A DNA stretch of 64,000 nt from positions 22,134,001 to 22,198,000 of the forward strand of contig CP158635.1 in the NCBI GenBank assembly GCA_050273025.1, in the 5' to 3' direction. Shown here piece by piece: positions 27,024 to 42,849 of this stretch. Numbering within the stretch: the first letter of the stretch is position 1; each line of letters begins with the position of its first letter. The position numbers and the translations under genes are program-made. The notes beneath the pieces were generated by a model, which had not been told where the DNA came from, searched no databases, and saw only the letters and a program-made list of their open reading frames with translations. Source of the DNA: Cenococcum geophilum (Eukaryota).

Positions 27024-28974
27024 TATCACGGAAGTGGGCATGAGCTAGAATACAATGTACTAAACAGGGTAGTAATTAAAGAAGGCTACGTATGCGTAAC
27101 TATGCGTGGTTATTATAAAGATATTTAGATATAGAATAAAATAGAACAGGTTAGGTACGGGTATAAATAGGGGTTGTAGGGGAACGTGCGTAGGTGTCTT
27201 GGGACGAACGTAAGCACGGGTTAAGAACGTTAAAACGCGCAGAGACGTAAGAGCGTATAAGTCCCGTAATAGTACCCCCCCCTTACTTCCGAGCTCCTGT
27301 GAGGCGTGTCATGTATACCAAAAAAAACCCAATACAGGAAAAAAAAATTCGTTAGCCCTTCTCCACCCTTCTACGTCCTCCGTTACACAGGTTCCTCCAG
27401 TTCAGTCCTTCTATATTTAATTATTAGGCCACTAACTTATTAGGCCCAAAGCATAGCCCAGCTTCTATCGCCAGCTATACTCCTATCCTTACCGCTTGGA
27501 GATGCATTGCTAAAGCTTATATAGTCCCTTTCTCGCTTCTAGCAGCTCTACGGCCTTCCCTTCCTATACTCCAGGTCCCCCTAAAAAATTACCCCAATTT
27601 TTAGTCTAAAATAGGCGTTTTAGGCAGTATTTATTGGCCTAGACGGCAGTATAGTACGGTCAGTACGGTGTTCGTGGTCGTAGTAAGGCATATTCTTAGC
27701 AGGTTCTTATCGGTGCGGTGCAGTATTCGTATCGTAGGCAGGTTCTTGTCGGTGGCAGTACGGTGCCAGCGCAGGTTCCGTAGGCATATCGGCACGGGAT
27801 CTTATCAGATTCGGGTAGCAGTACGGTGCTAGCGACGTGTTTGGGTTCCGTAGGCGAATCGGCACGGAGCTTATCAGTTCATGTGGTAGCAGTACGGTGC
27901 CAGCGACGGGGTTGTCTCGTAGGCATATCGGCACGAGGCTTGTCGGTTCGGGTAGGTAGCAGTACGATGCCAGCGACGGGTTGTCTCGTAGGCGTATCGG
28001 CACGAGGCTTGTCGGTTCAGGCAGCAGTACGATGCAAGCGACGGGTTCGGGGGTCTAGGGAGCGAGGCTCTACCTAGTCGTGTTCGGCTCGTAGGCATAT
28101 CGGCACGAGGCTTGTCGGTTCATGCGGTAGCAGTACGATGCCAGCGACGGGTTCGGGGGTCTAGGGAGCGAGGCTCTACCTAGTCGTGATCGGCTCGTAG
28201 GCGTATCGGCACGAGGTTTGTCGGTTTAGGTAGCAGTACGATGCAAGCGACAGGGTCGTAGGCGTATCGGCACGACGGGTTATCGGGGTCGTTTCGTAGG
28301 CGTATCGGCGCGAGGTCTTGTCGGTACGTAGGGTAGTGCGTGTAGGTCGGTAGGACAGTAGTAAGATACCAGCTTCCGTGTTCGTGTTCGTCATGCAGTA
28401 GGATGCGAGCCATCAGGTCAAACCAAGGGGCAGTAACGTGCCTGTTCGTAATCGGTAGCAGTAGGGTGCAAGCCATCGAGGTCGCAGGCGTATCGGCGCG
28501 ATGTCTTGTCGGCAGGTCGTGATTCCACAGGCGTATCGGCGTGGTGTCTTGTCGTCGAGTCCGTATGCAAATCGGCACGGAATCTTGTCGTACCAGTTCA
28601 GAACCCCAGCGTCCTAGTCTACCCGCAGCCAGCAGCTCCTGTATCTACCCCGTAGGCGTAGAAAGGCATGCTCCGCGACCAGTAGCCCACAGGCCCGCCA
28701 GGTATAGAAAAGGGATCCAAATGTAGTGTTACGGAAGTGGGCACGAGCTGGAATACAATGTACTAAACAGGGTAGTAATTGAAGAAGGCTACGTACGCGT
28801 AACTATGCGTGGTTGTTATAAAGACATTTGGATGCAGAACAGAACAGAACAGGTCAGGTACGGGTATAAATAGGGGTTGTAGGGGAACGTGCGTAGGTGT
28901 CTCGGGACGAACGTGAGCACGGGTCAAGAACGTTAAAACGCGCAGAGACGTGAGAGCGTGTAAGTCCCGTAACA
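27024..28974 (-). mobile_element. Non-autonomous (TRIM/LARD-like) LTR element, 1951 bp, with no gag/pol
   Basis: 248-bp LTRs at 27024-27271 and 28727-28974; TSD GTCTA (27019-27023, 28975-28979); G-run PPT on the minus strand next to 27271. Confidence 0.93.
27640..28600. repeat. GC-rich degenerate ~60-bp tandem repeats inside the non-autonomous LTR element
   Basis: Recurring CGTAGGC(A/G)TATCGGCACGAGGCTTGTCGG and GTAGCAGTACG(A/G)TGCCAGCGACGGG. Confidence 0.9.
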
Positions 28975-31900
28975 GTCTAGGCTGTTAGGTAGAATAGGGA
29001 ATAAAAGGCTTATTATAGCCTTCCCGGAGCGTATATAGTTTAATTTAATTACTATACCGTATTTAACTATATACTATAATAAACTAAATAATATTAGAAT
29101 TAATAAGATCTAACTATAAAGAATATAGGCCCTATATAGGCCTATATACTATAGCAACTAATAAGTAATTGCTATAGAAATAAACTAAAAATTAAATAAA
29201 GGGAGTCTGCTTATATAAGTAGGAAACGCGTATAGACGTATATAGAGGACTCTTCCAGAACCATTGTTATACCCCTTAATACCCCACTAAAACAAAAGTA
29301 GATTCTTTCTAAATTAGTAATAAACTTACTAATATACAAAAGAAATACCTTATATAATCCTCTAAGTATACTATAGGTCCTATTTAACCTCGCCCTAAGC
29401 TATAATTAATTACTTATTATAAGCTCTATATCATTTCTATCCCCTATTTAAAAGTTATTAATATTAGTTAGAATTATTAAATAGTGTGCCTATTATAATA
29501 ACGATATATTATATATAAACGCTAGATAAATAGGTATTAGGTTTAAAGAATTAATAGCTATATACGGCTATTATAAAGACTTAAGAGGATTACTAAAGAG
29601 CTTAATAAGAATGCAGCTGCGGCTAAATCTATATAGGGGCACTAAGGTGGATAAACTATCTACTAAACGATATTAACTAAGAAAAGGAATCTTATAACGC
29701 CAGCTATATATATAGCATAGCGTATAAAACGGCAGTCTTGTAACAATGCCCTTTAAAAATTTACTAGCCTATATACGATTTCCTACTTAGGTTTAATGTC
29801 TATATTATATTAAAAAAGTCTAATTATATAGCTTTAGAGGTAGTCCCTTAATTATCCTTATCTACTAATACTGTAATAGAGTGTCTATAAATACGTAGGC
29901 GAACTTAGGGGTAAGATAAGTAGCTTTTATAGCCAGCTCCTTCCTTTTTATCCTATAGAGTATAGTATAATTAAGCCGCGGCTTTAATCGTATGCGCGTA
30001 TTCGCTATATTATATATATATTAGCTCTTTTACTTATATCGCGAGAGGCTTAGGTTAGTCAAGGCTTAGCCTCTTCCTTAGTTAAAATCTACTCTAAAAT
30101 CTCCTAATAAATATCCCTTAGGGAAGTCTATTTCTAATAGAGGTAGTCTCCTAGATTAGAAAGGCCTTACTAATTAATACCTACCTATTCTTTATTAATA
30201 AGGGGAGGCTAAGTAGGCTATAGTATAATATTATAATCACCTAAAGCACTCCCTAACTAAAAGTTACCCCCTAATAGTAAGTTACCCCCTAACTATAAGG
30301 CCTAAAAAGCCTTACTTTCTTCCTATAGTAACTAAGAAGCCTTACTTTTTCCCTATAGTAATTAAGAGACTTTACCTTTTTATAGGGCCTAAAAGACCTC
30401 TAGTATAATACCATTAGTAAGAAGTCCCCTAATAAGGCGTAGTTATATAGGGTTATCTAATAGGATAAATAAATTAAGACCGTTAATATTACGAATAGTA
30501 ACGATCTGGTAACAATTGGAGCAGAGGAGGACTTACCGCCTTATATAAAGCCTAAGTAGACCTAAGTCAGGATAATAAGGTATATTTAGTCCGAGCTATA
30601 GATAGAATTGGACCAATTAGAGACTTTGCCTTAATTTAGTAAAGTCCTAACTAGACGGCGCTAAATAAAACCATAAGCAGTTGCTCTAGTAGGGAGATAG
30701 CTGTTTATAATGTGTTAAATACAAATAGTATCCTCTATTAACCAATCGTGCTAAGTTAAGCCTTTTTCTACTATATTAACCTTAGGAACTCCTAGTTCCG
30801 TTATACGCGAATAGCTTCTTATAGTACTATAAAGTCCTTAGACGAATATAAACCTTTAACCATATAATATAATATCGGGCACAAACTAACCGTAAATAAA
30901 GAAAAACGAATAAAATAAAGTAGTAGGATTATTAAACCCCTAATTAGTATCTAGTATGATCTAACCGGATTTAGAAAACTCTAATAATAAAGGATTAAAG
31001 GTAGAAGAATAAAATAAAATAATCTTAACTAAATAGGGCGAGGATAATCTTAAATAAGAACCTTAAAGAGTTATATAAAGAGGAAAACTGGCTTAATTAG
31101 AGGCGGAAAACTAAAGTCTGGACAATAAGCTAGTAGCTATATAACTGCAGCTAAAGCTCGCTAAAAAAATAATAGACATTGTTATAAATAAGGCAAGAAT
31201 TAGAGGATTATTAATAACTGCTAGAAGAGGATAGAAGAACACTAGCAAGATCCTTAACTATATTAACCCCTACCCTACTAGACCTAAGAGAGATTAACTT
31301 ACCTATTAGAGGCGCTGCGTTATAATCCTAATTGCCTAAACCATAGCTACTAATAAAGTTTATAGGTAAAGGGAGACATAAATAGGATAAATGGAAGAAA
31401 GACTACGAGAAGTTTTTTATTTAGGTCCTATATATATTTAAAATAGAATTATAGCGGACTAAATTTATATATAAGCATTTAGGAGATACCTAGTAAGAAA
31501 AATAGAATAATATAAAGGCTATATAGCCTATTATAGAATAAACCTAGGAAAGAATAAAAGAGTATATATTATTATTGCTTAGGATAGAATAGGAGCGTAA
31601 AGCTAATGCCTTTACTAGAATTAAAAGAGTAATATAAGGAAACCGGACCCTATTAGACCTATTATAATATCTCCGTATATAATAGAGAGAGCTAGGTATA
31701 TAAAACGAGAAAATACAGATCTTAAAGTATAAAGTGGCCCTATTAGACGAAATATAGAAGAGGCTATTTTACGTCCTAGGGGTAAAATACTATAATTTAT
31801 CTAAAATAAAACTAGATACTAAAGAAGCATATAGGGATATAAAGCGCAAATTATCCAAATTAGCCTAAAAATAAGTACCCTTAAAAACAAAGAACTTAAG

Positions 31901-34900
31901 GAAAAGGTTTTAGAGTATCGTAAATAACTTAAGAATATACTAGAATTAATAATAACAATTACATCTATTATTATCCTAAAAAGATTAATTTAAAGAAGAT
32001 TAGCTTAAACCTAATAAAGAAGGGAAGCTAAAGAGTAACTAACCTAGTCTAAGATGTTATAACTATAACCAACTAGGCTATATTGCCAGGAATTACCATA
32101 AGCTAAAGAAGGAAATAAAAAAAGCGAACCCTATAACGTAATAGCTCTATATATTATAGGTAAGGTTATATATATAAAGGAGTAATAAGAAGAAGCCTAT
32201 AACTCTAGTAGATAAAGAGGCCTAGGTAGCTTATTAATTTAAGTTATAGTAAGCGTAAGAGGCCTAAAGGGCGATATATTGGTCTATATCCTTATTAATT
32301 ATAAAGCAAAAGCCGATATTATTACCTTATCCCTACTAGTATATAGAAGACTAAATTATAATAGATAGAGGCTAGGAGGGTATAAGACCTTTAACTATTA
32401 ACCTTTAGCTATATACGGAACGGCTAGTATACTATATAAGGTTACTAACTTATTTAGATTAAAGTAAGGCGAAGTAGACTCCTTTTTTATAGGAGAGGTA
32501 GCCGGATTTAATATGGTCCTAGGCATATCTTAATTATCTAAATAGGACCTAATTCTAAGCTTTATATAGAAGACTCTACAGCTCTAAAGGGCTAAAGGAA
32601 ATAAGAAATACTAAAAGGTTATAATAGAAGAACTAAGATCCTTTATAATAAGTCTATAACACGCGGACTTAGATCTTTTTATTATATATATAACTATTAT
32701 AGCATTTAAAGGGCCGGTAGATGCTTTGCTAGAAGCCTATAAGGACTATATAGATATATTTAATAAGAAAGAAGCTAGGTTATTACTAGACCACAGTTTA
32801 TATAAGCTAGTAATTAAGTTAATAAAAGGCAAATAACCCTTATTTAGTCTACTATATAACCTTTTAGAAGCTAAACTAAAGGTTTTAAGAGAGTATCTAG
32901 ATAAGAATCTATAACGCGGGTAAATCCGCAAGTTATAATCTCCTGCTAGTACTCTAATCCTCTTTATTAAGAAGAAGGATAAAGGCTTACGTCTTTATAT
33001 AGACTATAGAGGGTTAAACGCAATTACTAAAAAGAATTAGTACCTACTCCCCCTAATTTAGAAATCCTTAGACTAGTTATATAGGGCATCCCGCTATACT
33101 AAATTGGATTTAAAAGATGCGTATTATTATATTAGGATTAAAGAGGGTAATAAGTAGAAAATAGCGTTTAGGACCAAATATAGGCTTTTTAAATATACTA
33201 TGGTCCTATTTAGACTAAGTAATACCCCTAGCACCTTTTAAGGGTATATTAATAGCGCCCTATTGGACCTATTAGATATAACCTATATTATATCCCTTAA
33301 TAACATTCTAATCTTCTCTAAGAGGGTAGAAGATTATAAGGCCTATATAAAGGAGGTCTTAAAGAGACTCTAAGTATATAAATTATATGCTAAACTGTCT
33401 AAATATAACGTCTATAAGGACAGTATAAACTTTTTAGGGGTTATAGTAACCTAAAATAGCGTAATAATAAAGCCTAAACGGGTCTAAACTGTTAAGGAAT
33501 GGCCTGTGCCCAAGAGTATATAAAAAGTAAAAATCTTTATTAAATTCGCTAATTATTACCGCTGTTTTATTAAGGGCTTCTCCTATATTACAGCACCCTT
33601 AAATAAATTAACTAAACGTAGTTATGGCGCGGCTAAAGGAGGCTAGAGATAGAAATAAGGAGAGTTAAAGAAACTTAAACTAGACCTAAAAGCGTTAAAG
33701 GCCTTTATACTATTAGAGAAGCAGTTTAAACTAGCCTCCCTATTAATCTATTTTAGGCTAGGGATGCCTATAAGGATTAAAACGGACGCTTCTAGATTTA
33801 TAATCTTAGGTATATTAAGCTAGCAAGCTCTAAGGCCTAATAGGAAACTATAATAGCACCTAGTACTATTCTTTTTAAGAAAGCTAATTGCGGTAAAATA
33901 TAACTACAATACGTATAATGCGGAGTTGCTAGTAATAGTGGCTAGTTTTAAGCACTAGAGACACTATTTAGAAGGGGCGTAATATTAGGTTAAATTACTA
34001 ACCGATTATACCAATTTATAGCCTTTTATAATTACAAAAGAGCTATTACGGAGATAGGTAAGATAGGCTAAATAGCTAGCTATCTTTAATTTCCGCATTA
34101 TATACTAAAAAGGCGTAAGTAACCTAGTAGACGCCCTATTATAGTAACCGGATTATAAGGAGATAGACTAAACTATCCCCTTTACTAATAAAGAACTAAA
34201 TACAATTCTTTAAAGTCTTTAATTACAGCTTAATATAAGCTAATCCGATAGAGTAGGCGGCCAGGTATTAATAGGAGCAATTATAGGCCGATTGGGCCAC
34301 ACTAGTATAGGTAGTACATAACACCGAGCGCTATAGACTAAACTGGCTAGGATAGTAATAGAAAAATCTGAAACGGTATATACCCTAAAAGAGGTAGGGG
34401 GGGCCTTATCTACTAATTTAATGGCCTAAAAGATTTAGGCGTAATTAGATAAAGTAAAGGAAAAAGAGGGCTAATAGGGCAGCTAGAGTCGGAGCAATTA
34501 CACTATCCCAATCTAGCTAAAGGATTAGAAGGATAATAACGGTATACTTTACCACTAAGAAAGGCTATATATCCTAAGTAGGAGACTATAGCTTAAGGTA
34601 ATATAGTATTACTATAATGGTAAGCTAGTAGGATATTTCAGTATAATAAAAACGTTAAAACTAGTCTAATATTAGTACTACTAGCCAGAAGTAAGATAAT
34701 ACGTTAAAGATTAGATCTAAGGCTGCTATACCTATAGCTAGATTAAGCTATTAAAACACTAACTATATAGGGTACTATACTCCCTACTAGTTCTAAAAGG
34801 CCCCTAAGAAGATATTATACTTAATTTTATTACGGAACTACCTTTAAGTAAGTATATAGGTGTTTAGTATAATACAGTTCTAGTAATAGTAGACCAATTT

Positions 34901-37900
34901 ATAAAAATGGCGCACTATATCCCTATAAGAGGGGACTTAAAGGCCTAAGGTCTAGCGAACCTACTTATAAAAGAGGTAATTAGACTACATAGAGTCCTAT
35001 AGTCTATTATATTAGACTAAGGACCAATTCTAACCTTTAAATTCTAGTCTTCGCTGTACTTCTATCTAGAAATTAAGCGAAACTTATCTACTATATTCTA
35101 CTATTAGATAAATAGGTAGATAGAAAGGTAAAATTAAACTATAGAGTAGTACCTTAGGGCATTCTATAACTTTAAACGGATAAACTAAGCTAGTCTCCTT
35201 ATTACGGCGGAGTTTACTTATAACAACTTAATTTACGCCTTTATAGAAATAACCCTATTTTAGGCAAATAAGGCTAAAACGCTATTTAGAGGTAAGGGTC
35301 TAAGAGAAGCCTATAGAGGTAGTATATTAAAGTATACTAAAGAATTAGCTAATAAATTAAAGACAATTTACGATAAATTAAGGCAATCTTTAGTTAAGGC
35401 TTAAGAATTTGAAGTAAAATACTATAACATAAGTTATAAACCTATAGAATTTAAGGAAGAAGACTATATATAGCTGGCGGGTAAGTATATACAGATAAGT
35501 AGAACTAAGAAAAAGCTAAATTATAAGAACTTTAGACCCTTTAAGGTTATAAGAATAATTAATATATAGGTATATTAGCTTAAATTGCTAAAAAATTAAA
35601 ATATCCATAATATATTTTATATATCCCTCTTAAAAAAATATATACCAGATATAGTTAGCGGGAAATAATAGCCTATATCTTATTTTATAAATATACCTAA
35701 ATTAGAACAATAGTATATTAAGGCCATTCTAGGCTAAATAGAAGATAAAAATAGAACTATAAAGTACTAAGTGCGTTAGAAAGGATATAGTCTAAAAGAC
35801 GATATATAGGAACTAGCTAAAAGCCTATTAGAAACCACAATAAGAGCTTATAGGCGCACTTTAGAATAAAATAGGCTATAGACTACCTATAACTCGCACC
35901 TTAAAAGTAAGAACTATAATAGACTAAAACGGCCCCTAAAAAGAAAAAAGGGCGTTAAATAGTAACTTTTTTCTAATTTTCCCCTAAATAGGGTTTTATA
36001 GGTTTTAGTAAAACTATAAAAGGACTTAGTTAGTCTAACTAGGATAATAATATAATTAGGAACAAATTGGAACTAATATAGTAGAATTTAGTCTAGGGAG
36101 CGCTAATAGTACCCTATAGCTAAAAGAGCCAGTCTATACCTACTTAGGTAAAAAGTATAAAAGAAAAGGGCTAACCTATTACTATTTTTCGCTAATTAAC
36201 CTAAATATAATAAAAGAAACTAAACTAAAGAAGGCTGCCGCCTAAAGGGACCTATAAGATGTTAACCTAGCTAAAAAGGGTTAAGAAAAGACTACTTACT
36301 AAGTGCTAGTATTAAATCCCGCCGAACTAAAGCTATTAGCTAAATTGTCCCTAACTAAAGAAAAATAAGCTATATTGGCACTAGAATTACACTTTAGATT
36401 CCCTAAAGTATTAGGAGAAGTTATATTGCTACTAACTAGCTTAAAATAGCTAAGGGGATTAGCTTAAGGCGTAGGAGGGGTTATAGGGGTTAAAGTGCTG
36501 CTAATAAGCTTTATATTATTAAGACGGTTAGCAATACGGCGTAAAGTAGTGTTAATACTAGTTATACTTCCTTTAAAAATATTAAGCTAGGCCCTTAGGT
36601 CCTTAACGTTATAAAAAAGGCGCTAAAGGAGGTTAGTATAACTATTAAGCTCTATAATAACCTTAGTAGGAGTAGGTAAAGTACGCTACACCTAAAATAG
36701 ACTAATTAATATTAAGGATAACTAAAGGATACTAATAAGACCTATAGTAGTAAGAGCTTCCTAGAGACTTTTTAAGTTTTACTTTAGTAAATTAAATATA
36801 CCGTTTAACTAGATAAATAGAACCCTATTAGGAGAAGTTAGGGCTAATTTTTATAGAAAGGATAGGATAAGAGCTAGAATATCCCTTTATAGAGTAGAGG
36901 CTAACTTACTAGGCTTAGTAGGAGTAATAGGGTTAAAAGAGACAGTATAAGACTTTTTGGTAATAGTAGAGCTAAATTTAGCTAAAGGGCTAGAATAGAT
37001 TTTAGTAGTACTAAAATAGGGCACCTTAGTTATAATTACCTTGTTAACTTTAGAAAGGTCCTCTTTAGAAGAATTAAGGTCAATTTTAACTTATTTATAT
37101 TTAGGTAAGGCCTTATAGCGCCGTTTACTACTAAATAAGGGCAGATAGGGTATAGGAGTAGTAGATAAGGCACTAAAGGCAATGGAGCTAGAAGAAGCCT
37201 TAGTAACGCTATATTTAGCTAAAGCGGCCTTAATAAAGCAATTATAACGCAGAAGTTTCTTACTAGATGTTACGGTACTAGTAGAAAATAGTAGAACTTA
37301 GTTAGCAGAACCTAGCAAATCTTCGCACCGGCAAGTTGCCACAGATCGCCGTATATTACGGTCACGCGACGTAAAGATCTTATAAAACATCGAGCGGCGC
37401 TGCTCTTCTTCTCCTCTCCTTTCCCTAGCTTTAGATTCTCGTTTATAAAACAATCCAATTATATAGGCTTGCGCGTCCCTCTTACTGTACTTATGCCTTA
37501 ATTAACTAAGTTACTAATATTATCTAAAGCTCTTTCTACTCTCTCTTTTTAAGAAGGAACTTAAATATATCTATAGGACTACAAATAGGATAAGAACATA
37601 AAATAAGACCATAAGGATATTATAAGGGCCATAAGGACAGGACCTAAAAAAGAAAAGAATAAAACCCTAAGGAAAGGACTATAAGACACGCACAGACTAG
37701 AACCCCTAAAGAAATTACCTAGAATTACCTAATACCCCTACCACTATGCCACAAAATATAGTAGCAGGTAAAGTAGCTGTAGGACCCTTAAATACTTTAG
37801 ATAAAGAAATAATTAATGTTTTAACCCCCTAGGCGGAACTTGCGGTAGCTAATACCAAAATTAAACGACTGCGAGAGCTGCTTAAAGCTAGAGATACCCC

Positions 37901-40900
37901 TATATCTAATAATAAGTCATTATTAGATAACTAAAGACTTACTATAGTCCTTTAGGCCCTATCCTAGCGCCTTAGTAGATCCATTAAGGCCTATATAGCA
38001 CCGAAGCGGTTAGCAAAGGTCGCGGATCCCCCGCTACTTACGGATAGAATAGACCCGATATTTAATAACTAAAAGCTTTAATTACGGGATAAGCTTAAAG
38101 TTAATACTAATTACTTTCCTACCCCCTAAGCTAAGATAGCCTGTATCTTTAGCCGTACTAGCGGAGACGCCTAGACGCATTTACGCCTATAATATACTAA
38201 AGACTTAGTAGACCCCTTTATCTCTAAAAAAGAAATAATTAAATACTTATCTTTTATTTATAAAGACCCTTTTAAAGTATAAAACGCCCGCCTTAGCTAT
38301 AAAAGCCTAAATATAAAAATAGCGGAGACATTTTTAGCCTTCTAAACCCGCTTTTTATACTTAGCTAGACAGGCCTAGATCCTCTAGGAAGACCTACTAC
38401 TAAACCTCTTTAATAAGCTTACCTTAGACCTATAGCGGGCCATATTACTAGCTTATGCTATAGTATAGACGTTAAAAGAACTTATGGACTATTGCCTAGC
38501 TATTAACTAAGGCCTTTATTAAATTAAGGTACGTGCTAATTGGCTAAAAACTAGAAACCTTATAAACCAGGCTATAAGTACTGCGAGAACGGCCTATAGT
38601 GACCTAGTATAATTAGCAACCCTATAGTACTGGCCGCTTAGCCTATAGTTAACCTAGCAGCTAGCCGCGCAGCTACCCCTACTATAGGTCTAGTGCACAC
38701 CCGGCCTATATATAGTAACCCCTATATATAGGCCCTTAATAATTAAGGAGCTTGCTTCTTATACGGTTATCTAGCTACCCTATAAGGAACTATTTAATAA
38801 AGGTAAAGATAAACAAGTTCCTATTAATTTAGGAGGATAGTATAGAGTTAGGAAAAGAGGAACCCTAGGGGAAGACTCCTTCTTAGGGTTAAAAGGAATT
38901 AATATATTATATATTAATCTAGGTTGGCTAGCTAGTAGAAGAAGCTATACTATCCCTTATACTTTATTCCGTAATAAATATTAAGTTTTAACCTCTGCTT
39001 TAGCTAACTTAGGAGTAAATACCTTTACCTTAATTAATATAAAGTGCGCTATAAAACTGGCTAACTTTTTAAATATGCCTTTAGAAGAACTGCCTAAGCC
39101 AATTCCTATTTGTGGGTATAATAGATAGGTAGGACTACCCATTATAACTATATTATGGATTTACCTTTATATTAACGGATAAAGGCAGTATAATATCCCC
39201 TTCCTTATTATGGACCTAGGAAGCTATAATATAATCTTAGGGAGAAAATAGCTAGCCTATTTAGGCTTGTAGCTAGACGTATAGAGTAGACGGCTTATTT
39301 AGCCTAAAACCCTACCCCTAACTCCTTCCTTTATAAAAGAAATTAGCATTATAATAGAAAATATTGTACGGCCCTAAATTAATACTATTTACTAGGCTAA
39401 TGCTATATATAGGGACTAGGCCTTTAAGAAAGATATATAGCTTAATCCGCAACGGATCTATATACTACGCCGCCCCCAGACTACCTATATTACGCTACCC
39501 ACATTAAAGACCTAAGAAGTTAGTAATAACCTAAAAAAGCCCCCTATAGTGAGCTTAGGCCCTATATAGCTATAAAGAACAATAAGGAATATTAGACGCT
39601 ATACTAAACTAATAGACTAAAGGAATAACTTGCGGAAGATAGAATAGAAGCTAAAAAAGATTATAAACCCTAGACCGCATAATACGGTCCGGTAAACGGC
39701 TATAAGAAAACCTATAAACCTCCTACCAGTTAATATCTGCTATATTAGCGCCGTAGAATTCTACTAAAACTTAGTTTAGCCTAATACTATTGCTTTTATA
39801 ACTAGCTTATATGAAATTAACTAAATACTTAAGGAAAAGGAAAGCGAGCTTAGCGGATAGGAAAGTGAGCTTATAGACAAGGAGCTAGTAGAATAGAAAC
39901 TACCCTATTAATACTAAAAGTTTAAGGATATATTCTCTCAGGTAGTATCTAATATGCTTTTACCGTACTAACTATATAACCATAAGATTAAGATTAAGTT
40001 AGATAAGGAAAACGCCTTTAGCTATACCCTCCTCCGTAAACAATCTATTGCTAAGTTATAGGCTATTAAGTAGTACCTTATTAATAACCTAGTAAAGGGG
40101 TTTATTAAGCCTAGCTAGGCCCCTTTTACCTCCCCTATTCTCTTTATAAAAAAGCTAAATAGAGGACTTTATTTCTGTATTAACTACTATAAGTTTAATA
40201 ATATAACCTATAAAGACTATTATCCGTTACCCCTACTTAATAAGACACTAGCCTAAATAAATAGAGCTAAGGTATTTATAAAGCTTAATATCTATTAGGC
40301 TTTCTACTAAATTAAAATAAACCTTAGATCTATAGATTTTACTATATTTTGGACTTAATATAAATTATATAAGTATAAAGTACTTCCTTTTAAACTGACT
40401 AACGGACTGGCTATATACTAACGATATATAAACAATATACTCTTTAACTACCTTAATAACTTCTACACAGCCTACCTAGGTAATATTATAATTTACTCTA
40501 AAAATAAGTTAGAATATAAGGAGTACGTCTATAAGGTCCTATAATAACTTTATAAGGCTAGCCTCTAGGCTAATATTAAGAAGTTAGAATTTAGTATAAA
40601 GTATATAAAGTACTTAGGGTTTATTATTAGTACGGACGGAATTAAGGCTAACCCGAAAAAGACGGCTGTAATTAATTAATAAGAACTACTACGGACCGTA
40701 AAAGGGATTAGTTATTTTTAGGCTTCTATAACTTCTACTAACGCTTTATTAAAAACTATAGCAGAATTACTTAGCCCCTTAGCCGCCTTACCATAAAGGA
40801 CTAGCCCTTTTACTTTAACACCGCATATAAGTAGGCTTTTAATAAGCTTAAGAAACGACTAGTCTTCGCTCCCTTACTTGCCTACTTTAACCTAAAATGG

Positions 40901-42849
40901 CCCATAATGCTAGAAACGGATACCTTAGATAGTGTTATTACTAGCGTTTATTTCTAGAAGTAGACGGATAGAGAATAGCACCCTATTACTTACTACTTAA
41001 AGACTATAATAGATGCTAAGCTAAACTACCTAATTTATAATAAAGAAATGTTAGCTATTATTTCTAGCTTTTAGTACTAGTGAGTATAGCTAGAAAGGAC
41101 CCCTAAGCCTATTTAGGTAGTTTCGGATTATAAGGCCCTAGAATACTTTATAATAACTAAGGCCCTTATAGCCCGGTAAGTGCGCTAGGCAGATATTTTA
41201 TCCTAGTTTAACTTCCTAACTATATATAGGCTAGGCGCTACTAATTATGCGGACGCTTTTATAAGATATAAATAGGACCTAAATAACTAGATAGCCGCGA
41301 AGATCTTATTATGGACCTAGACGCTACTATAACTAAAGCACCTTAATCCTTAGATATAGGAAGAACTAAGTACTAAATCTCTAAGCGCTGAGATATACCC
41401 CACCAACCCTATGGAATTTAACCTTATTAATAAACTACTATAAGTAAACTGTACGGACCCTTCTCTATAGAAATACCGTAAAAAGGTAAAGGATGTTATT
41501 AGCCTATAGTCCCTTAAAAATGGACTGCTTAAGCACTAGGAATGGCTAGTAGTAGTAGAGAAATGGAACTTATAAACCTAGCTTATTACTAAAGCATATA
41601 CCTAGGTCTCTACGGCCTACCCTAAAAAAAATAAAACCTATAAGATTATTAGTGACCGTTACTACTGGCCCGAAATAGTTATAAATATTAACCGTTACGT
41701 ACGGAACTGCAATAACTACTATAGGTCTATAATTCTATAAGATAAGACCTTAGGACTATTAAAACCTCTTTTAATACCTAACCGCCCCTAGTAGTATATC
41801 TCTATAGACTTTTATAAACTACTTATAGACCGCGATAGATATAATATAGTTATAATTCTAGTTAACCGCTTTAGTAAGCGCCCGTTCTTAATTCCCTATT
41901 ATAAAAATATTAATGCTAAGGAGGCGGCCTAACTATATATTTACTAGGTCTACCGTATTTATAGACTACTAGATACTATAGTATCCGATTATAGCCTGTA
42001 ATTTATATTAGCCTTTTAAAATAAGTTTACCTAGATTCTAGGTATTAGGCTAAAGCTCTCTATAATATACTACCCCTAGATAAACGGCTAGACGGAGATT
42101 ATAAATTAATATTTAGATTAGAGACTTCAGCCTTTTATTAACTACTTTTAGGATAACTAGGGCGAACTACTACCCCTAATAAACTACGCCCAGGCGACCC
42201 TACCCTATAACTCTACGGGATTTACACCTATTTAACTAGAAATAGGGTATTTACCCTAAATAAGCTTTGACTGGGATAGACTAGAAGGACTACGGACTAT
42301 ACGTAAGAAACTATCTTATAAGGAAGCCTAGTAGTACGCTAAGCGCTTAGAGGAAGCCTAAATGGTAGCCTATATAAATCTAGAAAAGGCCTAGAAATTA
42401 ATAGTATAGCAGGCAGATAAGTATAGGCGCGAACCTGACTTTACCGTAAGTAATATAGTCTGGGTTATAATAAAGAACTAGAAGACGGAACGGCCTGGCT
42501 ATAAGCTAGACTATTAAATAGCAGGACCGTATAAGGTCCTTAAGAAGATAGGTAACTTATATAAAGTAAAGCTCCCGGATTTAATTAAGGTTTACCCCAT
42601 TTTCTTACTAGATAAGCTATAAAAAGCTATAAATAACCTATTACCTAAATAAAAGAACAAACCTCCCCTACTAATTTAAGTTAGTAGTAACAACAAATAG
42701 GAGATTAAAGAAGTACTAGCCTATAAACTAGTAAGGAAAACGCTAAAGTACTGCGTTAGTTAGAAAGGCTATAACCTAGACCCTACCTAGTACCCTATAT
42801 AGAACTTTATTAGCAGTCCCTATAAGCTTTAAAATTTTTTTAGCTGTTA

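Noticed and set aside
27707..28726. Several overlapping 60-130-aa ORFs, and a superficially CRISPR-like repeat pattern
   Set aside because: The ORFs arise from GC-rich tandem repeats. The sequences between the motifs are themselves repeated rather than unique spacers, and the context is eukaryotic with no cas genes.
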